Assembly: GCA_965603825.1 (NCBI GenBank)
Contig: CBFDEM010000007.1
Location: 78,111-142,110 of the forward strand
Direction of reading: 5' to 3'
Source: Blepharisma stoltei ATCC 30299
Lineage: Eukaryota > Protista > Ciliophora
Length of the DNA: 64,000 nt
A program made the translations under genes and the position numbers. Positions 1-12,056 of the stretch are shown piece after piece (within the stretch, counting starts at the first letter, position 1; each line of letters starts with the position of its first letter). The notes under the pieces were generated by a model. The model did no database searches and was not told the origin of the DNA. It saw only the letters and a program-made list of their open reading frames with translations.

Positions 1-2131
1 TAACTATAGCTTGAGATGCTACTTTGGCAGCATATACAGCTATCTCAATCACATTATTGACCAAACTTACCACAGGAGCTGGAATTGCCTCAATAGTAAC
101 TACTGATTCAGCTACCTCTGCGAATATTGATCAAACTACTAGTCCATACTCTTGGTCATTTAACTCTGCTTCGACTTATGTACCTATGACTAGTTTCCAA
201 TTCTTTGCAACTGCTACAAATGAAATACCTGCAGGTGGAACGCTCACTGGAGGGGAACAAAAAGGAGGATATATTGGATTCCAATATTTAATGTGATATA
301 TGACCCCAAAAAACGACTGGTCTACATCTACCACATTAAAAATCAGTTTACCAATTTCTAATTCAGGGGTGCAGCTGCTTACATCTTATATTTCTAATGA
401 TGCCACATATAAAGAAAAAATACTTCAAAGCTCAGATTATGCTTCAAGCGCTGTAGCACTTGAATCGGCTATAAACACCCGAGTTCTCAGTGTTGGAAAT
501 CCAGGATCTATTATAATTACATTTAATGCAGGCGCATACCCTACAACAGGAGGTAAGAATATGTTTGCTTTTTCATATGGGGACAACTCAAATTATCCTG
601 CTCAAGTTTCATTGCCATTTGTAGCATCAAATGTGGCTACTTTCTATGAGTGTTGGGCTAAGGCTACATCTACAGCAAATGGATGATTAGTAACTGAATT
701 TTCGAGCTATGTTTTCTCAGTAATAACATCACTAACAGATTATTATTTAAATGTTGCTTCACTGTGCACTGACAATTATGCTGGAATTCCAATTGCTGTA
801 GTTTTTCATGCTTTGAATATGAAATTTAATTTTGGAGACTCAGCAAACCTATATTATCTAGATGTAGAATTTAGCTCTTTAGGATCAAGCAATTTAGGGA
901 CTGGGGCAACTGATAAAGTACAAATCCCTGTAGCTAGTGCAGCAATTGGAGCAAGAGCCACTCTTGACCCAACATCAAAAAAAGTAACGATCTCTGGACT
1001 TGGATTTGTTGATGTGAGCAATACAGTAACCGTTTATCTGCCTTATGGAGGAGATATAACTACAAGCTATACTAAACTCAAACTTTCTATTATCTTGTGG
1101 CTGGAGCTGACCCAGCTAATAAAATAGTTCTATATACTGGAGCAGGAGGAAGCACCTTCACTTCATCAGGCCAAGTGCTGTTTTCTTCAGAATCATTTAC
1201 GAGCCCTGCATCTGGGGCATATACTGTTGGAGAAACTTCTGTTACTACAGCACTAAGTGTAACAACTGACTCTTCGATAACTTCCGATATAACTACAGGC
1301 TGGATTGGAGTTGGACTACCTGCAGGTTTTACTTCCACATCTACTAAACTAAGCTTAGGCTCAAATTCTGAAAATTTATATAGTGCCACTTCATCAAGCA
1401 GCTCATTTATAGGAGGATTCATGATAGCACCAATTTCTTCCAGTATGTTAGTTACTCACGGAGCAGCAAATACTCTTTCAATGGATAGTGGCCTAAATGC
1501 TCCATCTTCTACAGGGTCATTATCAGGGTCAGGAACAGGAATCCTCACTGTATTTATAGCAGAACCTATAATAGGCAACGCTTGCAGATGCGCATCACAA
1601 TCTACCCCATTAAGAGCAATTATAAACCCTGCGACGATTACTTCTGATACCTGTACACTAGACAAACTCTTTGCTCAAGGCTCAGACTCAGTCGATTCCA
1701 CCCTCACTTTTAAATTTACAACTGTAAATCCTATTCCTGCAGGCGGAAAAATTATTATTACTCTAGCTTCAGGTTCCTGGAATTTGCCATCGACGCCTCC
1801 TCTTAAAAGCACATGCCAAGGAGTTGGGTTTTCTGATCAATCCAAAACTCTCCAACAATTATGTTCTGCATCAGGAACAACAGTCACTTTGAGTCAATTT
1901 TCTCAGATTGCTGCAGGTTCAGTCACTGTAAAGCTGTACCATGTAATCCCAATCTCCACAGCTGCAGGCTCAATAAATTGCTTTACAGCTGTAAGTACTT
2001 ATGATGCAAATGGCAATTTTATAGATTCTGCATCTAGCAACTTAACTAACTCTGTCACTGTAGCAGTTTCAACTGCAGCAGGTACCACAAGCACCAATTC
2101 TTTTCTTTCTAAACCATATCCAAATGGCTAG
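1..2131 (+). pseudogene. Surface-protein family copy 1 (5' end outside window): C-terminally truncated and frameshifted paralogue of 23006-29786
   Basis: ORFs 24-296, 300-686 and 813-1127 share one frame joined by TGA (TGA 294-296 aligns with TGG 8575-8577 in copy 2). A 1-bp deletion at ~1074 (ACTAAACTCA vs ACTACAACTCA in copy 2) shifts the protein into ORF 1097-2131, ending TAG at KPYPNG*. The indel could be an assembly error. Confidence 0.75.
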
Positions 2132-3473
2132 AAAGCCTTAACTTATCAATCTTTTGTAGATCCTCTAAATTCTTAGGTTTTATATTTTTCTATTTAATTA
2201 TGCCTCATTTTCTGTTTAATTTACTTATGTATTTATCTTGTGCTTATCTCATACTTATCTGCTTCTATTTCTAATTAAGTGGAGATGAAGCAGCCATATA
2301 TTAAAAATGATTTCTATACCAAGATGGACAGTATTTATGTTTCATTTTGGGATTTGCAAAGAAGCTTTTCTTGAATTTCAATATAGGAAAGCTCATAATG
2401 CCTTTTCAGCAAGTTTTTAAATGAAAGACCTTTTATTCTTTTCCTTAAAGAATAAAAAGAATTAATTTACTATATTTTATACCTGATTTTGGTTCTTATA
2501 TAGCAATGAAGCTTCTAAATACTTAAAAAGCTCGATGGTATTTAAGAAGAAGATACATAAAATCTCTTCAGCCCCCGATTTTGCTCAAGTCATAAAACTT
2601 TATATATAATCCTTAACAATCTAATTAAAGTTTTAAAATTAATTATATCATGACTATCCTTTGTGCTTTACAAATTTCCTAATCTTTTTGATATGGGCTT
2701 AAAGGGCATGACGCAGGTCTGATAAGAAGTCTTGGAAATCTTGACTGAATGAATTAATTTATTAAGTCAAAATAATTAAAAATCCCATAAAAAGCAAAGA
2801 ATATGATAAAGATTAATTATCAAGCATGATAAGATCATTAGAATTAACAAAATCCCAAATATCAAAGGCAATGAGACATATAAAATACAAAATTTTAGTC
2901 GAAAAGCGGGAAGGTTATTAATTAAAATTAAAAAATCACTTATTTCAGCATTAAAAATTAGATGAAGTTTAAACTCATTAATCTTCATGCTTTTAGATTG
3001 CTTTTAACCTCATTATTGTTAAAGAACGATTTAAAACTTTAATTTTTTTATCAAATTAATGATCTTCATTTATACTCCAATTGTAAATCTTAATGAAAAA
3101 TCATTTCGCATCAAAAATAATAATAAAAAATCACAGGCTAATAGAATTATTTGCAAGAGTAATTCCTAAGAGCAAAAAAGTTAATAGCATATCCTAATTT
3201 TATAAAACCTCAAAAAAAGTGATTTTGGTAGATATCGTAAGATTGCCCATATTAAACAACGTTATTGATATATTTCTGACATAACCTTTTTTTTAAAAAA
3301 TTTAAATTGCATGTTATATTTTTAGAATATTTAAGAGAAAGACTATTTGAAAATATAAGAAAAGCCAATATCTCTTTAGATTAAGCAATAGAAAGGAATT
3401 TTTGAATTTAAATAATAAATAATAGAGTCAGAATATAGAGAAATATTCATAATTTAATTAGGCGATAAAAATA

Positions 3474-4028
3474 ATGGATTCAAAGATTAGAGACTCAAAA
3501 GCATTTAAATGCAATCCCTTATACCGATTTTATAACACTCTTGAAGGGGCACTGATAGAATTCATTCGAAATGAAGGACAAGCTTCACTGCATCAGATAA
3601 TGGAGCATATCGAAGGCAAAAAGAAAAGGCTGAGAACAATATCTTCAAGAAAATACAAGAAAGAGAGCGTTGAAGAATTAGTGTTCCCAGCTCTGTTTGG
3701 TAAGAAAAAACTATTTAATCAAATTTCAGCAGGAGTTTGAACAGTCAATGTAATACAAATTTAGACCAATTTTGCACTAGAATATGAACAAAAAGTTGTT
3801 AAAGAAATAGAAAGAATAAAAGAGAAAAATAATCAAGAAAGTTATGAGAGGTATATGCAACGCAAAATAACACTAAAAGAGGAAGAAAAATTGAAAATTT
3901 TTGAAAAAAGTATTGATACTGATATTTATAACAAGCTTGATCAATTGGTGGATATTTTGGAGTCCTCGAATGAAGAAATGCAAAGGCAATTTCAAGCATT
4001 TATGGAGCTTAATCAACTCTGAAAATAG
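3474..4028 (+). CDS. Small basic winged-helix-like + coiled-coil protein (~179 aa), one 15-nt intron
   Basis: ATG 3474; TGA 3738-3740 read as Trp; removing intron 3750-3764 gives ...AGVWTVN|TNFALEYEQK... open to TAG 4026-4028. Aligns with 4413-5021 (NTLEGALIEFIR...KYKK...LF vs NTAVGCIINFLR...KYKK...LF). The fold is inferred. Confidence 0.7.
3750..3764 (+). other. 15-nt spliceosomal intron GTAATACAAATTTAG
   Basis: GTA...TAG, 15 nt, A at position 10; contains an in-frame TAG and its removal opens a further ~87 codons. Confidence 0.85.
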
Positions 4029-4412
4029 TGAAATAAGCATATTTCTTAATATAAAAAATTATAACGAATTATTATTTTACTTACGATTTTCGGGCTATTG
4101 TAGATAAAATTAAAATGGCAAAAGCAAACCTTAAAGTCAAAAGATAGAGAGATAATGCGAGATCCAAGAGCTTGTAGAGAGGAAATAAGAATTGTGGCTT
4201 TAAAGCAAAACTCTTCAAGATTGTTAGCATGAAGTATTAAATGGAAAAAAGGACATGAAATATTGGGAAAAAAGATATAAATATTCTCATCAAATCATTA
4301 GATATTGCATGAATTAAAAGATAAGTGATGCATACTTTATAAGTGCTCCTCTAATTTAATTATCCCTTTATTTAGTGAGATCTTATATTTTAATATCATT
4401 TGCTTAATTCCC

Positions 4413-5021
4413 TTATGGATAAGCTGATCTTATCATCATCTTAAGATCATCAGCCACTTGCTTGTTTCCTGAAACCATTATCAAATAAGTTTTGGTTATC
4501 ATCGAAGGGTCAGTTGTATTGCTCATTAAATCTTCTTCAATCTGCCTTTTTATTTTCTGCATTTTTGCGATTTTTTCCCTTCTTTTTTTAGTTTTTTCAT
4601 TATATTTTATTTTACTCCTTTCTAGGTATACGTTTTTAGCAAATTTGTACTTGGTCTCATACTTTTGAGCTTCCTCTTCCTAATTTTAAATTACGTTTAA
4701 GTAGTAGTGAAAGCGATCATTTAATAAGAAAAGCTTTGGGTACCAAGACAGCGCATAATCTACGATTTTAAAGGCATCTTTTTTGTATTTCCCTTTTGTT
4801 GAGGTGAGAAGAGTGTGCTCTTTAGATTTCACATGCTCTATTATACTTTCTATTGGAGATGGGCTGTGCTTCCTTAGGAAATTGATAATGCATCCAACTG
4901 CAGTGTTTTTAAGTATTATGAGCCGATCATTACCACTTTCTTGGCAATGTGGATTTTCTAGCATGCTAGGGCTTCTGCTGGGTGATGCGTTCTCCAACTG
5001 ACTTATAATATTTTTGACCAT
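4413..5021 (-). CDS. Small basic winged-helix-like + coiled-coil protein (~197 aa), one 15-nt intron
   Basis: ATG 5021; removing intron 4680-4694 gives ...FHYYLN|EEEAQKYETK...SMITKTYLIMVSGNKQVADDLKMMIRSAYP* (TAA 4413-4415). Closely paralogous to 20479-21186. Confidence 0.8.
4680..4694 (-). other. 15-nt intron GTAATTTAAAATTAG
   Basis: GTA...TAG, 15 nt, A at position 10, removes an in-frame TAA; same position as the introns in two paralogues. Confidence 0.9.
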
Positions 5022-5339
5022 CTTTTTAATTATCTACATAAGTTAGACAATCGTAAATAAAATGGTTAATTCCAATTTAAAAAATTTAAAAAAATTTTAG
5101 GCAATTATTTCTCTTAAATCTTTTGTCTATATTTGCCTTTCACTCTTTGAATGGACTTTTGCAACTTATTTTTATTGATTAGGCTATTCTTGCTTCATTG
5201 CGCATACTTTAAATTTCGCTTTCTTGAAATGCTTGTTTTAATACAGTATGATATCAATAATTTTTTACGTTGGTATCAATCTAGCGTATTTATAATATAT
5301 TTTGCTTGCTAGCTCTTTCCAAGGGCCTATCAACCTTAG

Positions 5340-6665
5340 ATCAAAAGTTGAATTTTAGAATTTTTAAACTTATTAATATTGCATGCGTTCTAGTCTACTG
5401 ATTTTTTCATATTTTTCCTATTTTTGGCACAAATTTAATTTGTGCTGATTTTTCTTTCCATAAAGAAAGCTAAAATTTGCAGAAACCTTTATAAATCTTA
5501 TATGCAAAAAGGCTGAGATATCTAATAATATAAAAACTTAAAAATATTGTTTATTTTCATGTAATTTATGAATTATCAAAAATAAAGTGTTTCAGCTTCA
5601 GACAGTATTTTAATTTTTAGATTGAGGATAGTAATTATTCTGATATAAAGCTTATAATAATTAAAATTAGGCTAAGCAAGTAATTTTTCCTATCAAACAA
5701 TTACTTTTTATTAAATAGAGCCTAAAAATGCCAAGAAGGCTTGACTCATCAAAGCTGTTTATAAATTTGACCAAAAATTAAGGAAGGAATTTGGAGAGCT
5801 TTGGCTCAGATAGTGAGAAAATTTTGCTATTGGAGGAGCTGGAATCCTGGGAGGAGGAATTATGGTAATTGAAGGAAGAATGAGCTGAGACTGAAAGGAG
5901 GGACGAAGATGAAGGCAAGAGCGGAAATGGCAAGGAGAAATTAGGTAGGCTATGCAAGGAAATAGCTTGCATGAGGGAGATCTGCTGTATTGGGAAGAAC
6001 TGATCCAGATTACAGACAGAGCAGCGAGTATAAGGGAGGAGCAAATACTAGAGTAACAGATGATATGCCAGAATTAATGACTGAATTAGAAGAAGTAGCT
6101 CTGGAAGAGACTGATAAAAAATTTCCTTATTAAATTAAAGCATCTAGAAATGAAAGAGAAGGAGAAGTTTGATGAAAAATTTCTCTCTTAAATTAAAGCA
6201 TCTAAAAAACGAAAGGAAGGAGAAGTTTGAGAAGATATAAAGAAGGAAGAGGAAACTGAATAACTGGGAAAGGAGAATAAGGATCATGGAGTGCTCCTTA
6301 GTTAATCAAGGGCTTTAAATGATGGAGATGATCCTAAGAGGAACAGAGGATTAAAAAAGAAGGGAAAAGCTGAAGATGAAAGCTAAAAATATAGGGGTTT
6401 ACTTGGAAAAAGGCATATATGATTGATTAGAAAAGCTAGCAACAGCTTGGAAGAGAAGGAAGAAGCATGATGGTTCTGATGGGCGAAGGTAGAGATAAGG
6501 AAATCTGAAGTGAAGTGCAGCAATAAAGTTATTTCATTAAGAAATACTTAGGGACAAAGCGTGGACAGAAGATTTGCTAGATAAATTGGCTGAATTAGAA
6601 GAAGTGCTAGCAAAAATAGCGGAGGAAGCGAGATGAAGCAGATAACTATTCAAGTTGACTAATGG
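5340..6665 (+). repeat. Repeat unit copy a: AT-rich leader plus degenerate purine-rich coiled-coil-like pseudo-ORF (ATG 5728)
   Basis: Aligns by eye with 12880-14110, 14340-15580 and 30755-31960 (shared anchors AAAATGCCAAGAAGGC.TGACTCATCAAA and TCATT.AGAAATACTTAGG); many stops and frameshifts. Confidence 0.85.
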
Positions 6666-7011
6666 GGGGAGAAAAAAAACATAAGTGCTGCATTAGGTTA
6701 GATCTAATTAATGCTAAGACACTGTATTTTCCTATTTCTAAAGCTGTTTTATTTTTCCTTTAATTTATCTTTGCTAATTAGGCTTCTTTTTGAGTTCTAA
6801 AGAGATTTTCTAAAATCCCAGTATTTCTTCCACATTTTTTAGTTTTTTGTATATTTTTAAAATGCTAATTTTTTCTATCATTCCTAGCATGAGGAGGCTT
6901 GTCTTCTTAAATTTTTTCTTTATTTTTGTAACTTTTATATAAAAACGAGTTCTCATGATTCCATGTCAAAAAAATCAGGCTCTTAATAAATTTTAATATT
7001 TAAGCTCAAAA

Positions 7012-10000
7012 ATGAAAAGTCTTATAAGCTTTCTAGCCCTTCTATGACTAGCTGTAGGAGATCCTTCAAGAACTGCTAAAGATGGATACTTAGATCCTGG
7101 AAAAATCAGATGATGAAAAGATACTTGGGCTCCTAATCCTATTGAGCTTTCCCAAACCAATTCTGGGACTTCCAGTGTCACTGTCACTGTACATTTTAGA
7201 CCTCAAACATCTTTACCAACAACTGGGAATTTGGGGATTGTTATTGTGACTGTGCCATCAGCTTTGTCGAGCACAACAATTTATACTTCTAGCTCTATCG
7301 CAATAAAGGCAAATACTGATACTTCGTATTCTTTTATTTTGGCAACAGCTTTACCTTCTGCCGGAGTTTACGGGCCTTTCCAAATTGTGACTAAAACTTC
7401 ACCATCTGGGCAGATCTACGATGCAAACTACGTTTTTGGTTGTGTCGCAGTTTCAGCCTCTGTTTCAGCTTCTTCTAATTCTTTGACCGTAAGCGCAGTC
7501 ACTTTGACTTCTTCTACAGCTATTGTTGGCTCCTCAGATGGACTTTACTTTACTTTTACAATTCCTACTGGCACAAATCTTTGAAAACACGACATTTTTG
7601 AAATCGTCCCTGACACCTACTGGACAATTCCTTCAAGCCCAACTTGTTCTTCTGTCGATATTTCAAGCACTACTAACTATATCAAAGGCCCTAAAGGAGG
7701 CAATAGTCTACCTTGTGCTATTGCAGCTACCGGAGGGGCTAATGGAGGATATAGCACTGCTAAATCAACCGCAACCCCTGCTACAAACAGTATTTATATA
7801 TATGGGCTTTCTCAAGACGTGATTATAACATCAAGTTATCAGGTCAAGCTTAAAGTTTCCAGCTTTACTCTCCCTCTCGCAACTATTTCATCGTCAAACT
7901 TTAGTTGGAATCTAAAAATCTGGAGGTGGGGAACTACCAACCTTCTTGCTCAATATGCTGGAACTGGGCCATTGACACCAGTTGCAGGCTCCGTAACAAT
8001 TAACTCGTGGGCTCCTTATAATATCAATTTAGCTTCAACTGACATCCCAGATAGCAGTTCAAACAATTTTTACTTGTTTACTAAGCTCAATTTTCAAGCA
8101 GCCCACGCAATAACATATGGGACAATCGTCATTACCTTTAACAGCAACGCAGATATTTCTTCTGGGTACTGGTGGCAAGATCATGAGGACACACTCCATG
8201 ATACTAGAGGAAAATGTTATCTGAATACCTACGTAAAAGGTATTACATGCAGTGTCAGTAGCTCAAAAGCAACTATAACTATAGCGTCAGGTGTTACTTT
8301 GGCAGCAAATACAGCTATCTCAATCACATTATTGACCAAACTTACCTCAGGAGCCGGAATTACCTCAATAATAACTACTGATGGAATTTCTTCTACGACT
8401 ATTGATCGAATTACTACTGCAACCTCATGGCCATTTAACTCTGCATATTCGACTTATGTACCTATGACTAGTTTCCAATTCTTTGCAACTGCTACAAATG
8501 AAATACCTATAAGTGGAATGCTCACTTCAGGGGAACAAAAAGGAGGATATATTAATGGAATCCAATATTTAATGTGGTATATGACCCCAAAAAATGACTG
8601 GTCTGCATCCACCACATTAAAAGTCAGTTTACCAATTTCTAATTCAGGGGTGCAGCTGCTTACATCTTATATTACTACTTGCGCCACATATAAAGAAAAA
8701 ATACTTGCAATCTGAGATTATTCTTCAAGCACTGTAGCGCTTGAATCGGCTGTAAACACCCCAACTCTCAATGCTGGAAATCCAGGATCTATTTCGATTG
8801 CATTTAATGCGAACGGATTCCCTACCACATCAAATAAGAATATGTTTGCTTTTTCATATGGGGATAACTCAGGTGCTTCTGTTCAAAATGCGCTGCCATT
8901 TGTAGCATCAAATGTAGCTACTTTCTATGAGTGTTGGGCTAAGACTTCATCTACAACAAATGGAGCAGTAACTGAATTCTCTAACTATGTTTTCTCAGTA
9001 ATAACATCACAAGTTGATTCTGCATTAAAAGTTGCTTCACTGTACAAAGACAATTATGCTGGAATTCCAATTGCTGTAGTTTTCCATGCTTTGAATGCTC
9101 AAGCTCTAAACCCACTCCCATCTTAAACCCCTCTAAAACAAATTATCTATGATTGATAAAAGAAAAATATATAAAGAGACTCATTTTTATACTTTTTTAG
9201 AAAATTAACCATGATTGGGAAATCAAGAATTATTAGGGGTTTTAGCAATAAAAATGCAAATAGTAAATTATATGAATGAACTAGAAACGTTTTAATGTAT
9301 TAGGTGCTTTCTATAAAATCAGAGACCCAAATTTGAAAAACCTCTAATAACGAGAAATTTCCTATCTACTCATATGAAATTTACTATCTGCAATTTATCC
9401 TAGATCCCCTATAATTTATTTTAATGGAAACTTTAAATCGTTTAGCTGCCTTATTGAAAGACTTAAAATCAATAAAAAATTTAAAAATCCATTTGTAGAC
9501 ACAGGAAAATAGAATTCCATAATACCCGCCACCGGGTAATAATTGAGAAAGACTTCAAAAGAATGGTATAAAACTAAAGTATCAAATGATGAAGACAATG
9601 CTATTGATGCTACGAATGGGGCTACTAAGTTAGATGAAAGTCAAGGCAAAGATGGCAGTGCAAGTGAAGACGAAGATATCAGCGAAAATGAATTTCAGAT
9701 AAAGATAAAGAGAAGGATAAGGAAATGGAAGAAGGGAAATATGCTGATTGGATACCTGTAAGAGTATATCTGCTCTGCAACACAGACAAAAGACAGTACG
9801 CCATTTACCGGCAAATAATATTGATAACAGAAAACTTGGATGGAAAATAGAGATACTGATTGCTACTGATTTAAAGGTGAAGTTAAAGAGCACGGATTAA
9901 AAAAATACGATTTAAGGAGAGATAGCAACATACAGAGAAAGATTGTTTCGGATCTAAATTGTTGAATGATGGAGTGGAGCTTAATTTTATTTGAAGTTGA

Positions 10001-12056
10001 AAATTTGGATGGAAGTTCAAAAATGTGCTAGAAGCATTTTGGTGAAACTTATTGACCTTTAATTAGACAATAGCCGTTTAAATAATAATGTTAGATCCCC
10101 AATAAGAGTACAATTCTGGTATTATTAGGTTTAAATGAGATTCATTATATTTATTAAAAATACTTACCGGAATTCATATTTAAAGTATGATAATATATTA
10201 TAAATAGTGTTAACTTAACTTTTACCGCTTCCTAATGAAGCATTTCTCTCTTTATTATTCAAAAATTCTTCACCATCAATAACTTCTTCGCCGCCACAAT
10301 CATCTTCAACTACAACAGTAACATCGTCAAAAGCCACAACATCAACAAAAACACAACAAAACAAAAAATTTCAGCATCAATAACAAGTATTACAAACTCC
10401 ATCAAGCTATACTCATCTTCATCTTCAGATGCTCCATACAAAATCCACAAAACTCCATTTGCTAATGTAGCACCAGCTCGAACCTCCGAAACCAGCCATC
10501 AACATACAGAACCAACATTTGTGAATTCACTATGTACCCATGCATCTCTGCATGAAATCAAGCATCACGATAATTCCCTCCGTCTTTGGCACTTTCGCGC
10601 CATTTTGTGCTGGATTAAATAATTATATAAATATCGTGAAATGGCAATGCTCTATTATTTTTTATGTTTTTTATTATAATGATTGGTAGGATTTTTGAAA
10701 GAGTAGTGCCTTATTTTAACATTGAATCTTAAATTTAATTTCGGAGATACAACAAACCTATATTATCTAGATGTGACTTTTAGTTCTTTAGGATCAAGCA
10801 ATTTAGGGACTGGACTATATGCTAGTGGACAAATCCCTGTAATTAGTGCAGTATCTGGAGCGACGGCCACTCTTGACCCAACATCAAAAACAGTGACTAT
10901 CTCTGGACTTGGATCTGTTGACGTGGGCAATACAGTAACCGTTTATCTGCCTTATGGAGGAGATATATCTGTAAGCTATACTACAACTCAAACTTTCTAT
11001 TATCTTGTGGCTGGAGCTGACCCAGCAAATAAAATGGTTCTATATACTGGAACAGGAGGAACTACCTTTACTTCAACAGGTCAAGTTAAATTTTCTGCAG
11101 GATCATTTACGAGCCCTGCATCTGGGGAATATAATGTTGGAGGAACTTCTGTTACTACTACACTAAGCGTAACACCTGACTCTTCGATAACTTCCGACGT
11201 AACTTCAGGCTGGATTGGGGTGGGGCTACCTGCAGGTTTTACTTCTTCGTCAACAAAACTAAGCCTAGGCTCAAATTCTGCAGCATTTTATAGTGTTTAT
11301 TCATCAAGCAGCTCATTTACAGGAGGATTCATGATTGCACCACTTTCAGCCAGTATGTTAGTTGCTAAAACAGTAGCAAATACTCTTTCAATGGATAGTG
11401 GCCTAATTGTTCCATCTTCTACAGGGTCATCATCAGGGGCAGGAACAGGAACGTTCACAGTATTTATGGCAGGCTCTACAATAGGCAGCCAATGCACATG
11501 CGCATCACAATCATCCCCAATAACAGTTAGTATCAACCCTGCAACGATTACTTCTGATACCTGTACAATAGACAAACTCTACGCTCAAGGCTCAGACTCA
11601 GTCGATTCTACCCTCACCTTTACATTTACTACTGTAAACCCTATTCCTGCAGGCGGAAAAATTACTATTACTCTAGCTTCAGGCTCCTGGACATTGCAAT
11701 CATCATCTCCTCTTGTAACCACATGCCAAGGAGTTGGGTTCTCTGATCAATCACAAGCTCTCTTGCAATCATGTGCTGTATCAGGAACAACAGTCAGTTT
11801 GACTCAATTTTCTAAGATTGCTGAAAGTTCAGTCAGTGTAAAGCTGTATTATGTAATCCCAACATCCACAGCTGCAGGCTCAATATATTGCTATACTGCT
11901 TTAAGTACTTATGATGAAAATGGCAATGTTATAGATTCTGCATCTAGCTTAACTAACTCTGTCACTGTAGTAGTTTCAACTGCAGCAGGTACCACAAACA
12001 CCAATTCTTTTGTTACTAAACCATATCCAAATGTAGCTAGGGAAACCACTGGCTAG
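7012..12056 (+). pseudogene. Surface-protein family copy 2: signal peptide, interrupted by a 1631-bp insert, C-terminally truncated (no GPI tail)
   Basis: ATG 7012 MKSLISFLALLWLAVG; one frame (TGA=Trp) through 7231-7584, 7819-8715 and 8842-9126. As assembled it encodes 704 aa ending in the insert (TAA 9124-9126). Homology resumes at 10722; joining 9096 to 10728 gives a 1137-aa ORF ending TAG 12056. It may be expressed as a shorter secreted protein. Confidence 0.75.
9097..10727. mobile_element. 1631-bp insertion flanked by the 6-bp direct repeat TTGAAT (9091-9096, 10722-10727); class unknown
   Basis: Copy 1 is contiguous across this site (CATGCTTTGAATATGAAATTTAAT, ~807-830). Copy 2 reads CATGCT-TTGAAT-[insert]-TTGAAT-CTTAAATTTAAT. 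No terminal inverted repeat, poly(A) tail or recognisable transposase seen. Confidence 0.7.

Noticed and set aside
9097-9140. C-rich left end of the insert (CTAAACCCACTCCCATCTTAAACCCCTCTAAAACA) as an internal telomere seed or TIR
   Set aside because: No exact CCCTAACA unit and no complementary match at the right end.
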